Part shown: positions 42,493 through 54,480 of the stretch, one piece after another
Layout: each line of letters starts with the position of its first letter
How positions within the stretch are numbered: position 1 is the first letter of the stretch
NCBI RefSeq assembly: GCF_001194135.2
Contig: NC_068988.1
Span: 68,584,526-68,643,850 of the forward strand
Direction: 5' to 3'
Length of the DNA: 59,325 nt
Source: Octopus bimaculoides
Taxonomy: Eukaryota
Notes under the pieces: model-generated
The model's database searches: none
What the model was told of the DNA's origin: nothing
What the model saw: the letters and a program-made list of their open reading frames with translations, nothing else
Program-made: the position numbers and the translations under genes

Positions 42493-42678
42493 AAGAAGAA
42501 GAAGAAGAAGAAGAAGAAGAAGAAGAAGAAGAAGAAGAAGAAGAAGAACAAGAAGAAGAAGAAGAAGAACAAGAAGAAGAAGAAGAAGAAGAAGAAGAAG
42601 AAGAAGAAGAAGAAGAAGAAGAAGAAGAACAACAACAACAACAACAACAACAATAATAATAATAATAATAATAATACT
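42385..42678. repeat. Compound (TAA)n-(GAA)n-(CAA)n-(TAA)n microsatellite
   Basis: Directly visible; explains the poly-R/E/K ORFs. Confidence 0.95.
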
Positions 42679-42890
42679 GAAGGCACAAGGCCTGAAATTT
42701 AGAGAGTGGGGTCTAGTCGATTACATCTACCTCAGTGTTGTTTCAGTGGTACTTAATTTATCAACCCCGAAAGGATGAAAGGTAAAGTCGATCTCAGCAG
42801 AATTTGAACTCAGAACGTAAAGACGGACGAAAAGCTGTTTAGTATCCTTCTCGGTGCGGAAGCGCGTCTGTCAGCTTACTTCAAATGTTG
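42676..42890 (-). mobile_element. SINE family B
   Basis: CCCCGAAAGGATGAAAGGTAAAGTCGATCTCAGCAGAATTTGAACTCAGAACG is the reverse complement of the family core. Confidence 0.75.
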
Positions 42891-42979
42891 GCACATGGTT
42901 AGCAAGTTTAGATGTGAGAGTAAATCAATTACAACGACGTCAGCTCACCTTCTTAATAATAATAATGTTGATGATGATG

Positions 42980-43041
<62 letters not shown>

Positions 43042-43373
43042 CTATACTACAATGGAGAAAGCTGCTTATTAATTAGGTGTGTAACAATTACTAAAAGTAC
43101 TAAAAGAAAGCAATGTTAAAACATTGACCGTCTGGAAATATTTTTATAAATTCATGTTCTAAGAAATTGGCTATAGTTTATTCAAGTTTTAAACTCTATA
43201 TTCAGGCAAATTTAAATGTTCATTGCATTCACTGTGTTCAGTTCTTCATGGATTTAAATATTCATTGCATTCACTGTGAAGTAGATTTTAATATTTAATA
43301 ATAAACACTATTAATTCGTTACAACCGTCACTCATTCTCGCTCGCCTCTATTTGCATTAATGATAATTTAACA

Positions 43374-43645
43374 ATAGCTGTATAACTTGATACGAGACGC
43401 AATTTCAAGAATATTATTAATTTACGGGGTTTGTTAAAATAATATTTTTGATAAAATGAATTTTTTTTAATACATCGGTATAATTTTAAAGTGATTTCGT
43501 GTTGAATGAATGCCTGGTATTACGCAAAATAGCTGTATAACTTTGATACGAGGCACAAATTCAAGAATATTATCAGTTCCCGGAGTTTGTTAAATGAATA
43601 TTTTTTGATAAAATGATAATTCTTTTATATACCGATATAATTTTA
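43374..43645 (+). repeat. Tandem duplication of an approximately 120-bp unit (period about 155 bp)
   Basis: ATAGCTGTATAACTT(T)GATACGAG..TCAAGAATATTAT..TTTGTTAAA..TTTTGATAAAATGA appears at 43374 and 43529. Confidence 0.8.
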
Positions 43646-43779
43646 TTTTTATTATTATTGAAGAAGTGATTTTGTTGGTATCGCTACTTGGCACGCTATA
43701 AATCTTACAATAATAACTATGCGATCGCTACTATTTCTAGCACGCTAAACAAGATAGTTTTTAACGAGCTTTCATTTAT

Positions 43780-44225
43780 ATATAATATGCGACTGAAAAA
43801 GAAAATTTAGCAGCAAACGCACAACGGCAGAGAGAAAGACGAGCAACTGAATCAGATGAAACCAGGGCAAAGCGACTGAAACAGATGCCTGAATATGCAC
43901 GAAGACGTAGACATGGTTTTGTTTCCGCTACGCATGACCGACTGATTAGGGCATCTCGAGAGGAGAATATTCTACTTAAAAATAATGATGTCAGATCACA
44001 AATTGTTGATGCAACACTAAAGAGATCTTTTATCTGCGATAATGTGGAAGTAGTGGAGCTGACAACCACTCTAAGACTTCTTACAGAAGGTCATTCTGAT
44101 GAAAGGGATTATCATTATCATCTTTTATTATCTACTTTTAATCTGCATGTTTGTTACAATCACTTGCCGAGACACAGAATGGTTTGTCGTTAAGTGTAAC
44201 GTGTAGTCAAATTACGTCACACTAG
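43780..44225 (+). mobile_element. Internally deleted Helitron remnant
   Basis: An R/E-rich N-terminal-like stretch (AQRQRERRATESDETRAKRL) is followed by IVDATLKRSFICDNVEVVELTTTLRL, resembling the helicase segment LKxSxLW..LTxNMR. CTAG|T at 44222-44226 follows a weak palindrome. Confidence 0.5.
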
Positions 44226-46293
44226 TTTTAGGTTGACTGACACTAGATGACCGAAGGATAAGCAGGAATTAATCTGTATGTGTTTCGAACATAGATCGTA
44301 TTAGTAAACAATTAAAATCCGTAAACCTGACATCAAATGGTATCTGTTTACTCCTAGTTTGCATATACTGTAAAAATAACGTTATACTGTAAATATAACC
44401 ACAATTTCCCTAGCCTTGTTATTCATCTTACTAGAATTAGCAACCAAATTATCTCATTTCATATTATATCCTTCTGTCTTTTAAAATTTTAAATTATTGG
44501 ATAGTTTAGTCTTAGATATACCTTATCTTAAAATGAAAGTGGAGTGTCATAGGTGAAAAGGTTTTGCATTAATCAAGGCTAACACAGGATTAAACAACAA
44601 TTACAAGATTTATCACGTCTGACAGTATAATCTAGAAATGTTGAAGTTAAAATATTTTTGAGATTATTTATTTATATTTTATTATGATAAACTAGCAAAT
44701 AAATATGATTAATATATCGAATGCGCCATTGTTAAAGAATTTCCTATCAAGCTGCTTCTATGTGAAACATATCATTTTTGTTATAAACCATCTGTATTTT
44801 TATGTGTATAAAAGTTTAGTCAGAACTGCCAGCCCTTTAACTAAATTCTTGTTCGTGAAGAATGTTTCCCCCAGTAATAGGATTGAGAAAGAAGCCAATT
44901 TTTCCAGGTTAAACTTTGATCTTGCACCACTATTTAATTGTCAGTTTGGTACACACCAAATAGAATTCCACGGGATTCATTTACTTCAATTTCTCTTTTG
45001 TCATGTGCTCTATTTTACCTGAATATTTTCTTTATTTTCATTTTCTGCTATGGATGATACAGACTTGTATAACATGTATGTCACTATTTCTTTTTTCACC
45101 AGTCCTACGCATGTATCTTTTATTCTTAGATTTATCGACTTTAAAGTTGGCTATAAAATTTATGTTATTGCCCAGTTTGCCTCTTTTTTCTGCTTACATT
45201 TGCCGATTACAGGAAGGAAGGATGTTTCTTGTTACTGCTACCGTTCCTGTTGTGTTTCATTTAATGCATTCTTGTCACTTGTTTATTCTTTTACGCTATA
45301 TTGTTGTTATGCCAACTGTTGTGGTTTTGTCATTTTTGCAGCCACATCCTATCTGCATTTCTAATAATGCCAATTCTTACAATAAAGTTCTATAACTGCC
45401 ATTATCTCACTCTGATTTAAAAAATATTTGAGCTTCTTCGTGAAGAATTTAGATAACATAATGTTTCGGTTTAAAAGCACGTTGGTAGTTATATATCCTA
45501 TCTAACTACTCACTAGCCGAGACATTTTTTTAAAATCACTCATCTCTCCTATCTCAATCGTAGATTATACCAAATATATTTTCTAGCTTCAATATTTTCA
45601 TCGTATTTTATAAACTAAATTCGGGTCCCAAAATATACAATCATTGACAAAGATTATAGTTCTTCTCCAGAGACAGAAAACACTTCAGTTTCCAAGTACT
45701 CTCAAAAGACTGCATAGAAAAGTGGTTACTGATTCATTGGAATGGAATAACACACTCCAAACTCTGACCTATAAATGAGCTGTCTTCTCTCTTTACACCT
45801 AGTTCAGTAGTATGAGCTGGCTTGTTTTTGATATCTCTATTCAAATACCTACGTGTCACTCCTTTCCCTTTCTCTCATTATTTATAGGTTCTGGAGCCCC
45901 TTTCGTAAATTTTCTACATAGCAATCGACTAGTAGTAGAGTGATTTAACTTTTAAACTATCACTGAGACGTTTGATAAGATCCAGCATGTCATTATTGTT
46001 CAGAGGTTAGTTCACCTCACAACCACACGGTTTCTGTGTCCAGCATACTGCTCTGTAAGTGGTCAAATATCACCAGCTGTCTTCTCGGATTAAGAAATAC
46101 TTTGTGAGTGGAATTTAATAGACGCAATTTGGGTCGACATCCGAAATTTCAATGATAACTTGTTGATGGTGGTAAAAAGAGTATTAGTTACGTTTATTTT
46201 TGTTTTGCTATCTGAACTTTTTTCTATCTTACATATATTATAGCACACGCAACTCATTATTCAACAACAGTCTGTGTTTACCGTCGTAATCAC

Positions 46294-46331
<38 letters not shown>

Positions 46332-47447
46332 CCTGTATTATTATCTAAACTTCTCTATCTCTACTCCCTCTGTTATTGTCTAAACTTCTCTCTCTCTCTC
46401 TACTTCTCATGTCTACACGTTATCGCTTTTCTATTTGTTGCTTATTTTACACAGATATTATTACACGGCATCACTCTCACGTCTCTCTTTATTTTCTCCA
46501 TTCATTCTTTTTTTTTTCGATCACACATGTGATACTTTGCTTTGCTTTCTTCTTGCATTTCAAGATTTGCCCAAATCAAAAGGTCACAGACTAATTTTCA
46601 TTTTGGCATTCATCCTTGAGCACACATCTTTTTCGAAACGAAACTCTATCTACTTTCCTCTTTTTGTCCTGTAATTTTCTGTTATCATCCTGTTCTGTAA
46701 TGTTTATCTCAGCCAACCGCAACACAACTAACACCACTAGACTGAAATATTTTGTCAATGTGCGCAAATTGTAATGATATTTAATTGTCGGTTGATGAAG
46801 CGCGTTTACGCCTTTGTGTGTATTTTTGCTCTTTGATTTTGGTTTTCGTTTTTCTATACATTCTCCACATACAGTTACATTCATATATTTATATGCATAC
46901 AGATATGTACCTATGTGTGTATGTGTGTGTGCGCGCTTCTGTATATGTGTTCGTGCATGTGCCTGTGTGTGTGCGTGTGTATCTAGATATCCTAAGATTT
47001 GGCTAATGCGAATGGAGTAAATAATGACGAAAAACCGATAAATAAGTATTGATGATAAAGATGCTAGTAATATTTGTTGCGTCCGATTTCCACTGATAGT
47101 CAATACCACTGTTAAGCTGTCAGCACAAAGCCGTTAGTTAAGAAACTAAAATAACTATTACTAAAGTAGATAAGTATCTTTTGATGATACCACTGAAAAA
47201 AAAATTGCAAATTTACCATCAGCATTTAAATTACTTATGCACCGTATTGCTGTTAAAGTAGCGTATCATGCACAGTAAAACTACACAAGCCTTGCTTCCT
47301 CCAAATACTTCAAGCAGCTCGTTGTAATTGGTACCTTGCCTGACCGAAGTATTTCCTTATAATGCTGCAGGTATTACGATAAGGAAAGTGACAAATGGAT
47401 AATATGGAGAAGCTGAAAAAAGGAAGGCCGTGAGCAGAAAGAGAAAA

Positions 47448-47504
47448 GACAGAGGCAGATGCTGCATATGTCAACTCTGTTTGGAATTTCATCAGCAGCT
47501 TTGT
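47448..47504 (-). ncRNA. Degenerate type I hammerhead (array copy 1)
   Basis: CUGAUGA-AAUUC[CAAACA]GAGUU-GACA..; the left core and stem II are intact and the right core is mutated. Confidence 0.6.
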
Positions 47505-48052
47505 GATTGGGTACCTCTCCACGAACCCACTGATTTTAATGACTAATGTATACAGCGTAGATCAATTTTAATATGTAACAAATGTTTGCCAGCAACATCT
47601 AACATTAAACTATTTATGCTAACAATGTTAGGTTTCATTAATATAATGTTCTATAGAACATATTTATAGATTTTCTGCCAATACTATGTTGCTACGAATG
47701 TAAATGTTACGTCAGCTACATACATACATACATACATACATAATATGCTCGTGGTAAGAAAGAAACGAAACGGCTGTATGTGGTGAACATTTCAACTTAG
47801 CGTGCAGCCTTCTAATAATTGTATTGTGCCTTCCATCATTATCAACGATCACGCTTCTTATGAACCTATTGATATTATTGGCCAAACTTTTTGTAAACGA
47901 TATCTTATTCTTTAGTCTTATTATTAAACTGCTGACGTATTAATACTATTTTGTTTATTTGCAGTAGTTTATTTCATATAAAATTGTATACTGCGATGAA
48001 TGTAACCGTTACGTCAATCTATACACAATACTCCCGTGGGCAGAAAGGAAAG

Positions 48053-48118
48053 GAACAACTCTATGTGCAACGCATTTCAACTCTTACCGGAGTTTTCAGA
48101 GCAGCTAAGCAATGTTTC
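48053..48118 (-). ncRNA. Degenerate type I hammerhead (array copy 3)
   Basis: CUGAAAA-AACUC[CGGUAA]GAGUU-GAA-AUG[CGUUGCA]CAU-A; perfect 5-bp stem II. Confidence 0.55.
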
Positions 48119-48494
48119 TTAAACATTCACGAAGTCACAGCTTATAAATCTAACAACAGTGGCTACAATAAAATAGATAGACGAATCCAACACAACTAGA
48201 TTCCAGAAAACGTCACTTATGCAGAGTATCTATCCAGTTTAATTTAGCGACTAATATCATTGGATTTATAAGCTGTAGGTTCGTGCATAATTAATGAAAG
48301 AACACGTTGTTGATGAGATTTCACTGAGTTGAAGTGCCTTTTCTTTCTGTCCTAAAGCACATTTATATACAGACGTAATGTTTTCTCGTAACAGACTATT
48401 GCCTTTCGCTATATACTATACTACACTACTTGACAGTAATTTAACGAAAATATAATGTTAATATTCTAATGAGTTATTCGAACCAGCTGCCAAT

Positions 48495-48692
48495 GAAGTA
48501 TTAAGCACGCTAAAAAATGCTAAGTGGCATTTCGTCCGTCTTTAAGTTGAGTTCAAATTTCGCCTAGGTCGACTTTGCCGTTCATTCTTTCGGTGTCGAT
48601 AAAATAAATGCTAGTTGAACACTAGGGTCCATTTAATCAACTTATACCCACTACCCCAAAATTGCTGACCTTGTGCCAAAATGTGAAATCAA
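48495..48692 (+). mobile_element. SINE family B inserted within the hammerhead array
   Basis: GAGTTCAAATTTCGCCTAGGTCGACTTTGCC..GTCGATAAAATAA..AAATTGCTGACCTTGTGCCAAAA. Confidence 0.75.
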
Positions 48693-49026
48693 AATTAGAG
48701 GGTCCATACTGCAATAAATTTGTGGATATGTCAAAAAGGTGTGCAGCAGCTAACGAGACTGCAAGCAAAGCTGAAATTTTCAGCATATACAGTTGACGCG
48801 TTTATTTTCTGTGCACGTACATAGTGTATATAGTCGTAATATTTATAGTAAAATATTGTTTTAGTTAATTTTTAAATATCTTTTTCTATAGTTCATTAAA
48901 TCAAAGAAATAATATTCGAACTTGGTGCCAAAGATGTTAAATGTGCAATTTTATTTGTCCAGTATATTTTAGCCACAAATAGCTATAAGCTTATAAGCAG
49001 TGTGTTCATGGATAGTTCAGGAGAAT

Positions 49027-49083
49027 AAATAGCTGCTGACGAAACTTCAAGCAGAGTTGAATGTACAACATATAAATTTGTTT
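49027..49083 (+). ncRNA. Degenerate type I hammerhead (array copy 6)
   Basis: CUGACGA-AACUU[CAAGCA]GAGUU-GA-AUGU[ACAAC]AUAU-A; one A is missing from GAAA. Confidence 0.6.
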
Positions 49084-49602
49084 CCTCCTTTTTGTCGGCG
49101 TTCGTATTATGTATATAGACAGCAATGAAACGAAACATTGTAATACATTTGTGATTTCATATCCGACCTTTCTGCTAGTAAATTGTTGAATATACAATTT
49201 CGTATATGCAGTTACTGTAGTCACCAATATCAGTAACCTGATATTGTAGCGTATTCCTGTTTTGCGGCTCAGCTGAGGAGACACCAAGAGCTGTTAAAAT
49301 GTGCAGTGATTATTAGGTGTTTCCTATTTCTTTTTTTTTTTTTTTTGCAAGAGGATACTGAGTATATTAACGCAATGTTTACATTCGCTGTACCACATAG
49401 TGTTGGGACGAAATATGTAGATATAAACTATACAATATAATAGTATTGAAAAGAAACATTGTTTATATATGACCATTCTGAGTTAATATCTGAACATTCT
49501 GCCAAAAATTTCTAAAGATGAAAATTAGTCTATCCCGTTTGATTCTCACCCATTTATCAGAGGGTTTATAAGTAATGTGTTCCTTGGATAGTTAATGAAT
49601 GT

Positions 49603-49660
49603 ACAAAGTTGCCGTAGAGATACCAAACTGGGTTGAAATGTACTGCATATACAGCTGTTC
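49603..49660 (+). ncRNA. Degenerate type I hammerhead (array copy 8)
   Basis: CCGUAGA-GAUAC[CAAACU]GGGUU-GAA-AUGU[ACUGC]AUAU-A^CAGCUGUUC; the right half is intact. Confidence 0.55.
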
Positions 49661-49920
49661 TCTCTTTTTCTGTCCGTGATCATACAGTGTATATAAACGT
49701 AATGTTTCCATTAATTGTGTTATACAGAGTTACTTCATTTTTTTTTTAGATATGCTTTGTGGTACATTATACCAATGAGACAAAACACTGTTAAAACAAC
49801 ATTAATTCAGTATTAAATGTCAAGAAAGTGTTAAATATACATATTGGTCTATCCAGTTTCCTTTAGCCACTAATATTAATGGGTTTGTAAACAGTATAGT
49901 CGGGAAGAATCAAGGAAGCT

Positions 49921-49978
49921 GGACAACTACTGACGAGACTTCAAGCATAGTTGAAATATTCAGTATATGCAACTGTTC
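49921..49978 (+). ncRNA. Degenerate type I hammerhead (array copy 9)
   Basis: CUGACGA-GACUU[CAAGCA]UAGUU-GAA-AUAU[UCAGU]AUAU-G; the core is intact but the cleavage nucleotide is G. Confidence 0.65.
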
Positions 49979-50591
49979 TTTTTTTTATGTAAGCGAGAAT
50001 TCTGTGTATATAAACATACTGTTTACATTCATCGTAGAATACAGTCTTGGAAAAATATATTTTCATGAACTATAGTATATGATGTCAATAAAACAAAACG
50101 TTAACACTCAAGTAATTCAATACGCAAACTTACTGCCGACAAATTCATGTTAACTATGTATATTAGCGAAACCAATATTTTAGTCGTCAACATAGTTATA
50201 TTTACAAGTAGTGTGTCGGTTGATATTTAAGTAACCTGCAGAGCTTCTGACGCGATTCCATAAGCTCTGTTGAGATGCTCAGCAAATACACCTGTTCTTA
50301 ATTCTCCTAACAGTGAGCATAGTATTATATAAAGGTAATATTTATATTTGTCATATGGTGACGGCTAGGGAGCTCTAGATATATTGCTACAAGATGTATA
50401 GATACACTGCAATAAGAGCATTACAACACGCAGTTAACATACAAATACGAAACGCACTTAACGTACTAACATTTAAATATTGGAAAAGTCACCCCAAAAA
50501 CTGTTGAATTCGCAAATTTGTCTATCCAATTTACTTTATCAGCGTGATTTTTGTGCTTTATGCAGTGTTTTTGTGTATTATTGAGGAAAGT

Positions 50592-50648
50592 GCACAGCTG
50601 CTGAAGATACTCCAAATATTGTTAAAACGCACAGTATATACACTGTTA
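50592..50648 (+). ncRNA. Degenerate type I hammerhead (array copy 11)
   Basis: ACAGCUG-CUGAAGA-UACUC[CAAAUA]UUGUU-AAAA..AUAU-A-CACUGUU. Confidence 0.5.
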
Positions 50649-51755
50649 CCGTTTTGCTACCTGCGAGCAAATTGTATATGCGGATGTATTGTTTACATAA
50701 GTCGAAACATGCAGGTTTGGCTAAATGTCTATTGACATGTTCTATATCACATTACAGTAATGAAACACAAAGCACAAAAGACACAGCAGTAATTTAATGC
50801 ACATATATATATATATATATATATATANNNNNNNNNNNNNNNNNNNNNNNNNNNNNNNNNNNNNNNNNNNNNNNNNNNNNNNNNNNNNNNNNNNNNNNNN
50901 NNNNNNNNNNNNNNNNNNNNNNNNNNNNNNNNNNNNNNNNNNNNNNNNNNNNNNNNNNNNNNNNNNNNNNNNNNNNNNNNNNNNNNNNNNNNNNNNNNNN
51001 NNNNNNNNNNNNNNNNNNNNNNNNNNNNNNNNNNNNNNNNNNNNNNNNNNNNNNNNNNNNNNNNNNNNNNNNNNNNNNNNNNNNNNNNNNNNNNNNNNNN
51101 NNNNNNNNNNNNNNTGTATGTATATATATATGTATGTATGTATGTATGTATATAAAACATCAGGTCATATCATCTTACATATATATACAAATTCTCACAT
51201 CCACACGAAAAAGCATAGTTGGAAATAGAAATGATAAAGTTACTAAGACTGAACAAAAGCTGTTATTGGTAGAACGTATATTCATGGAACAGTAAGAAAT
51301 CAATATAAAACAAAAAGAAGAAAAAATTATCAGGATATTATTTCACAACAATAATGAAGTAAATATTAAGACAGATGTTATACGGCATCATTGAGAAACC
51401 TTGAAAGATATTATTGGCTTGTGCACATTATTATAATTCCTTCCTAGGCCCTATGACATATTCAAACACAAGAACGCAAAGATTGTAGTACGCGAATTTA
51501 ACTCATAAAATCTCTGAAGTACAGGAAAGTTTTCATCTGATTTTCTATTGAGTCTCTTGCCGCTGACGACAAAGATGATGATAATGAAGATGTCGAAGAC
51601 GATAATGAAGTTGAGGATGAGTAAGAGGACGTTGATGATAGTGGTTGTGTTGATAATGGTCGTATCAGTGATACAACTTTTTACCACAAATTCAAAATCT
51701 GGAATTCAATTTCTTCTCTTAGTCCAACTGTAATATAATATTCTGCAAGTAATCA

Positions 51756-51781
51756 TCTATATATATATAAATGAGAATGTG

Positions 51782-51828
<47 letters not shown>

Positions 51829-52909
51829 GTGAATCCCTAAAACTCGAGAACTACGCAACCAATTTCATTCAAATTTTACAGATGCCTTACTTAGGGTTTC
51901 AGTTGTGTTTTAGTCAAAAAACATTTTTAACTTCTTGCAGAGTTCGAGCCCACGGCAACATAATATCTCCTCCACTATTTAAGTATTACGTGTCAAAAGT
52001 GAAACAAAAACACTCATGTCAAATACTTTCACTTTAAAAATGAAACTATTCCACTAACTGAAACAATCACATTTCGATACTGTAATGACNNNNNNNNNNN
52101 NNNNNNNNNNNNNNNNNNNNNNNNNNNNNNNNNNNNNNNNNNNNNNNNNNNNNNNNNNNNNNNNNNNNNNNNNNNNNNNNNNNNNNNNNNNNNNNNNNNN
52201 NNNNNNNNNNNNNNNNNNNNNNNNNNNNNNNNNNNNNNNNNNNNNNNNNNNNNNNNNNNNNNNNNNNNNNNNNNNNNNNNNNNNNNNNNNNNNNNNNNNN
52301 NNNNNNNNNNNNNNNNNNNNNNNNNNNNNNNNNNNNNNNNNNNNNNNNNNNNNNNNNNNNNNNNNNNNNNNNNNNNNNNNNNNNNNNNNNNNNNNNNNNN
52401 NNNNNNNNNNNNNNNNNNNNNNNNNNNNNNNNNNNNNNNNNNNNNNNNNNNNNNNNNNNNNNNNNNNNNNNNNNNNNNNNNNNNNNNNNNNNNNNNNNNN
52501 NNNNNNNNNNNNNNNNNNNNNNNNNNNNNNNNNNNNNNNNNNNNNNNNNNNNNNNNNNNNNNNNNNNNNNNNNNNNNNNNNNNNNNNNNNNNNNNNNNNN
52601 NNNNNNNNNNNNNNNNNNNNNNNNNNNNNNNNNNNNNNNNNNNNNNNNNNNNNNNNNNNNNNNNNNNNNNNNNNNNNNNNNNNNNNNNNNNNNNNNNNNN
52701 NNNNNNNNNNNNNNNNNNNNNNNNNNNNNNNNNNNNNNNNNNNNNNNNNNNNNNNNNNNNNNNNNNNNNNNNNNNNNNNNNNNNNNNNNNNNNNNNNNNN
52801 NNNNNNNNNNNNNNNNNNNNNNNNNNNNNNGAGGGTTGCGTAGTCTAGACGGCGTTTTTAGATTTCATTATTCGCTTTAACCCGGGCAAAGCCGGGTATT
52901 TCTGCTAAG
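51756..52909 (+). mobile_element. Non-autonomous Helitron
   Basis: A|TCTATATATATAA 5' end, (CTGT)n, 3' hairpin CCCGGGCAAAGCCGGG at 52881-52896, then CTAAG|T (a CTAG variant). A^T target site; interior is gapped. Confidence 0.8.
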
Positions 52910-52950
52910 TCTTATATATGTGTGTATGTGGGTGTTTAACTATTTATAAA

Positions 52951-52987
<37 letters not shown>

Positions 52988-53890
52988 ATGGATGGATAGG
53001 TGGCTGTATGGAAGGATGATGGATGGGTAGATGCACGGATAGATAGGTAGATAGACAGAGAGACAGACGAATGAAAAGATAGAGGTTTAGCTGACAGTCG
53101 CAAATTATAACGCTCCGTACCATAGTATAGCTTAATGATATTTTTATTTTGGTCGAGTCAGTCTCTTTTGCAGGTAAATGCACAAGGTCTTTACATTTCT
53201 TTTCATCTTTTCACTTCTTCATTTCCGTTTTTTGCTGTTTTTTGATTTTATTTTTGTTTTTGTTTTTCCACTTTTTCTTCTATCTCAGCTTCACCTTCAC
53301 TATCACCCAACGTCTCAAGATATAACTGGAGAAGGTCGTGTTGATAGCTGCATAATGCTTATCGCGTTGGAAAGATATAGAGCAGGAGAAAATGATTGCT
53401 CAAATTTTCCCAACTGGAAGTCAAACCATTTTTCATTGCTTTGGCAAGGACATTGGGAGTCTATGATCCAAATGTTATATTATCTCCGCAGATTTAGAGT
53501 CATTACCAGCATTACAACCTCCAGTCATGAATTTGAATAATCGAAGGAGAATTGTAAATTCCTGGAAACACTCTTCATCCAACTGCTTGTCTCTAAGTTA
53601 CACCTGAACCAAGATTGTATTTCAGTCATCAGTGAGGTCAGACTAGAAATACTTCCATTGAAAGAACACTAAAAAAGCAATTTCATTCGTTTCCTTTGCA
53701 TATAATTTTGTCGCGCAGACAGCACTGTTTGCACTCAATGAGTAAGTATTGTTAGTAATTATCAAATAAATGTCTTTAGTATATGTTTGTATAGTATGAA
53801 CTAATGAAACATGTTCATGTCTAGTGTATTTTACATCTGCTAGACTTCCTAGTTTAGTATTTAACAAAGGTGTTAGGCACAGGCGCAACT

Positions 53891-54047
53891 TGGCGCAGGT
53901 GTATTTGAGGGGTAAGAAGCTTGCTTCCCAGCTACCTGGTTCCGCGTGCAGTCCTACAGCGTAGCATCTGGTGAAAGAATTTTCTATTACCGACCAAAGC
54001 CAGCCTTATGTGTGGATTTGGTTGACGGAAAATGAAAGAGGCCCGTC

Positions 54048-54128
<81 letters not shown>

Positions 54129-54480
54129 NNNNNNNNNNNNNNNNNNNNNNNNNNNNNNNNNNNNNNNNNNNNNNNNNNNNNNNNNNNNNNNNNNNNNNNN
54201 NNNNNNNNNNNNNNNNNNNNNNNNNNNNNNNNNNNNNNNNNNNNNNNNNNNNNNNNNNNNNNNNNNNNNNNNNNNNNNNNNNNNNNNNNNNNNNNNNNNN
54301 NNNNNNNNNNNNNGTCACCGTGATTTAGCAGTTCGGCAAAAAGTGACTGGTAGAATAACTACCAGATTAATAAAAAAAAAAAATTATAAGTACTGTAGTT
54401 AATTCATTCAACTAAAAATTCTTCAAAGTGGTGCCCCAGCATCGCCGCAGTCTAATGAATGAAACAAGTAAAGCATTAAA
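53891..54480 (+). mobile_element. SINE family A, full length (gap inside the GT tract)
   Basis: GGCGCAGGTG head, central (GT)n, GCCGCAGTCTAATGAATGAAACAAGTAAA tail. Confidence 0.8.

Larger units (their letters stand above)
47400..50800. repeat. Ancient array of about 11 hammerhead-containing units of ~320 bp (retrozyme-like); 3 on minus, 8 on plus
   Basis: Shared blocks: TCTATCCAG..TTAGCCAC; GATTTATAAGC..GTTCGTGGATAG; CTGANGA-RACTY-CAARYA-GAGTT-GAAATG..CATATACAGCTGTTC; TGTATATAGACGTAATGTTTACATTC; AGTAATTYAAT. Core-to-core spacings are about 240-355 bp where no SINE intervenes. Confidence 0.8.

Noticed and set aside
44700-45400. Possible decayed transposase on the minus strand
   Set aside because: Only scattered W/C-rich words between many stops; no family motif could be assigned.
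47400-50800. Interpretation of the array as H/ACA snoRNAs, miRNA hairpins, CRISPR or repeated exons
   Set aside because: No conserved ACA box, long perfect hairpin, identical short repeats with unique spacers, ORF or splice sites; the conserved positions match the hammerhead core instead.
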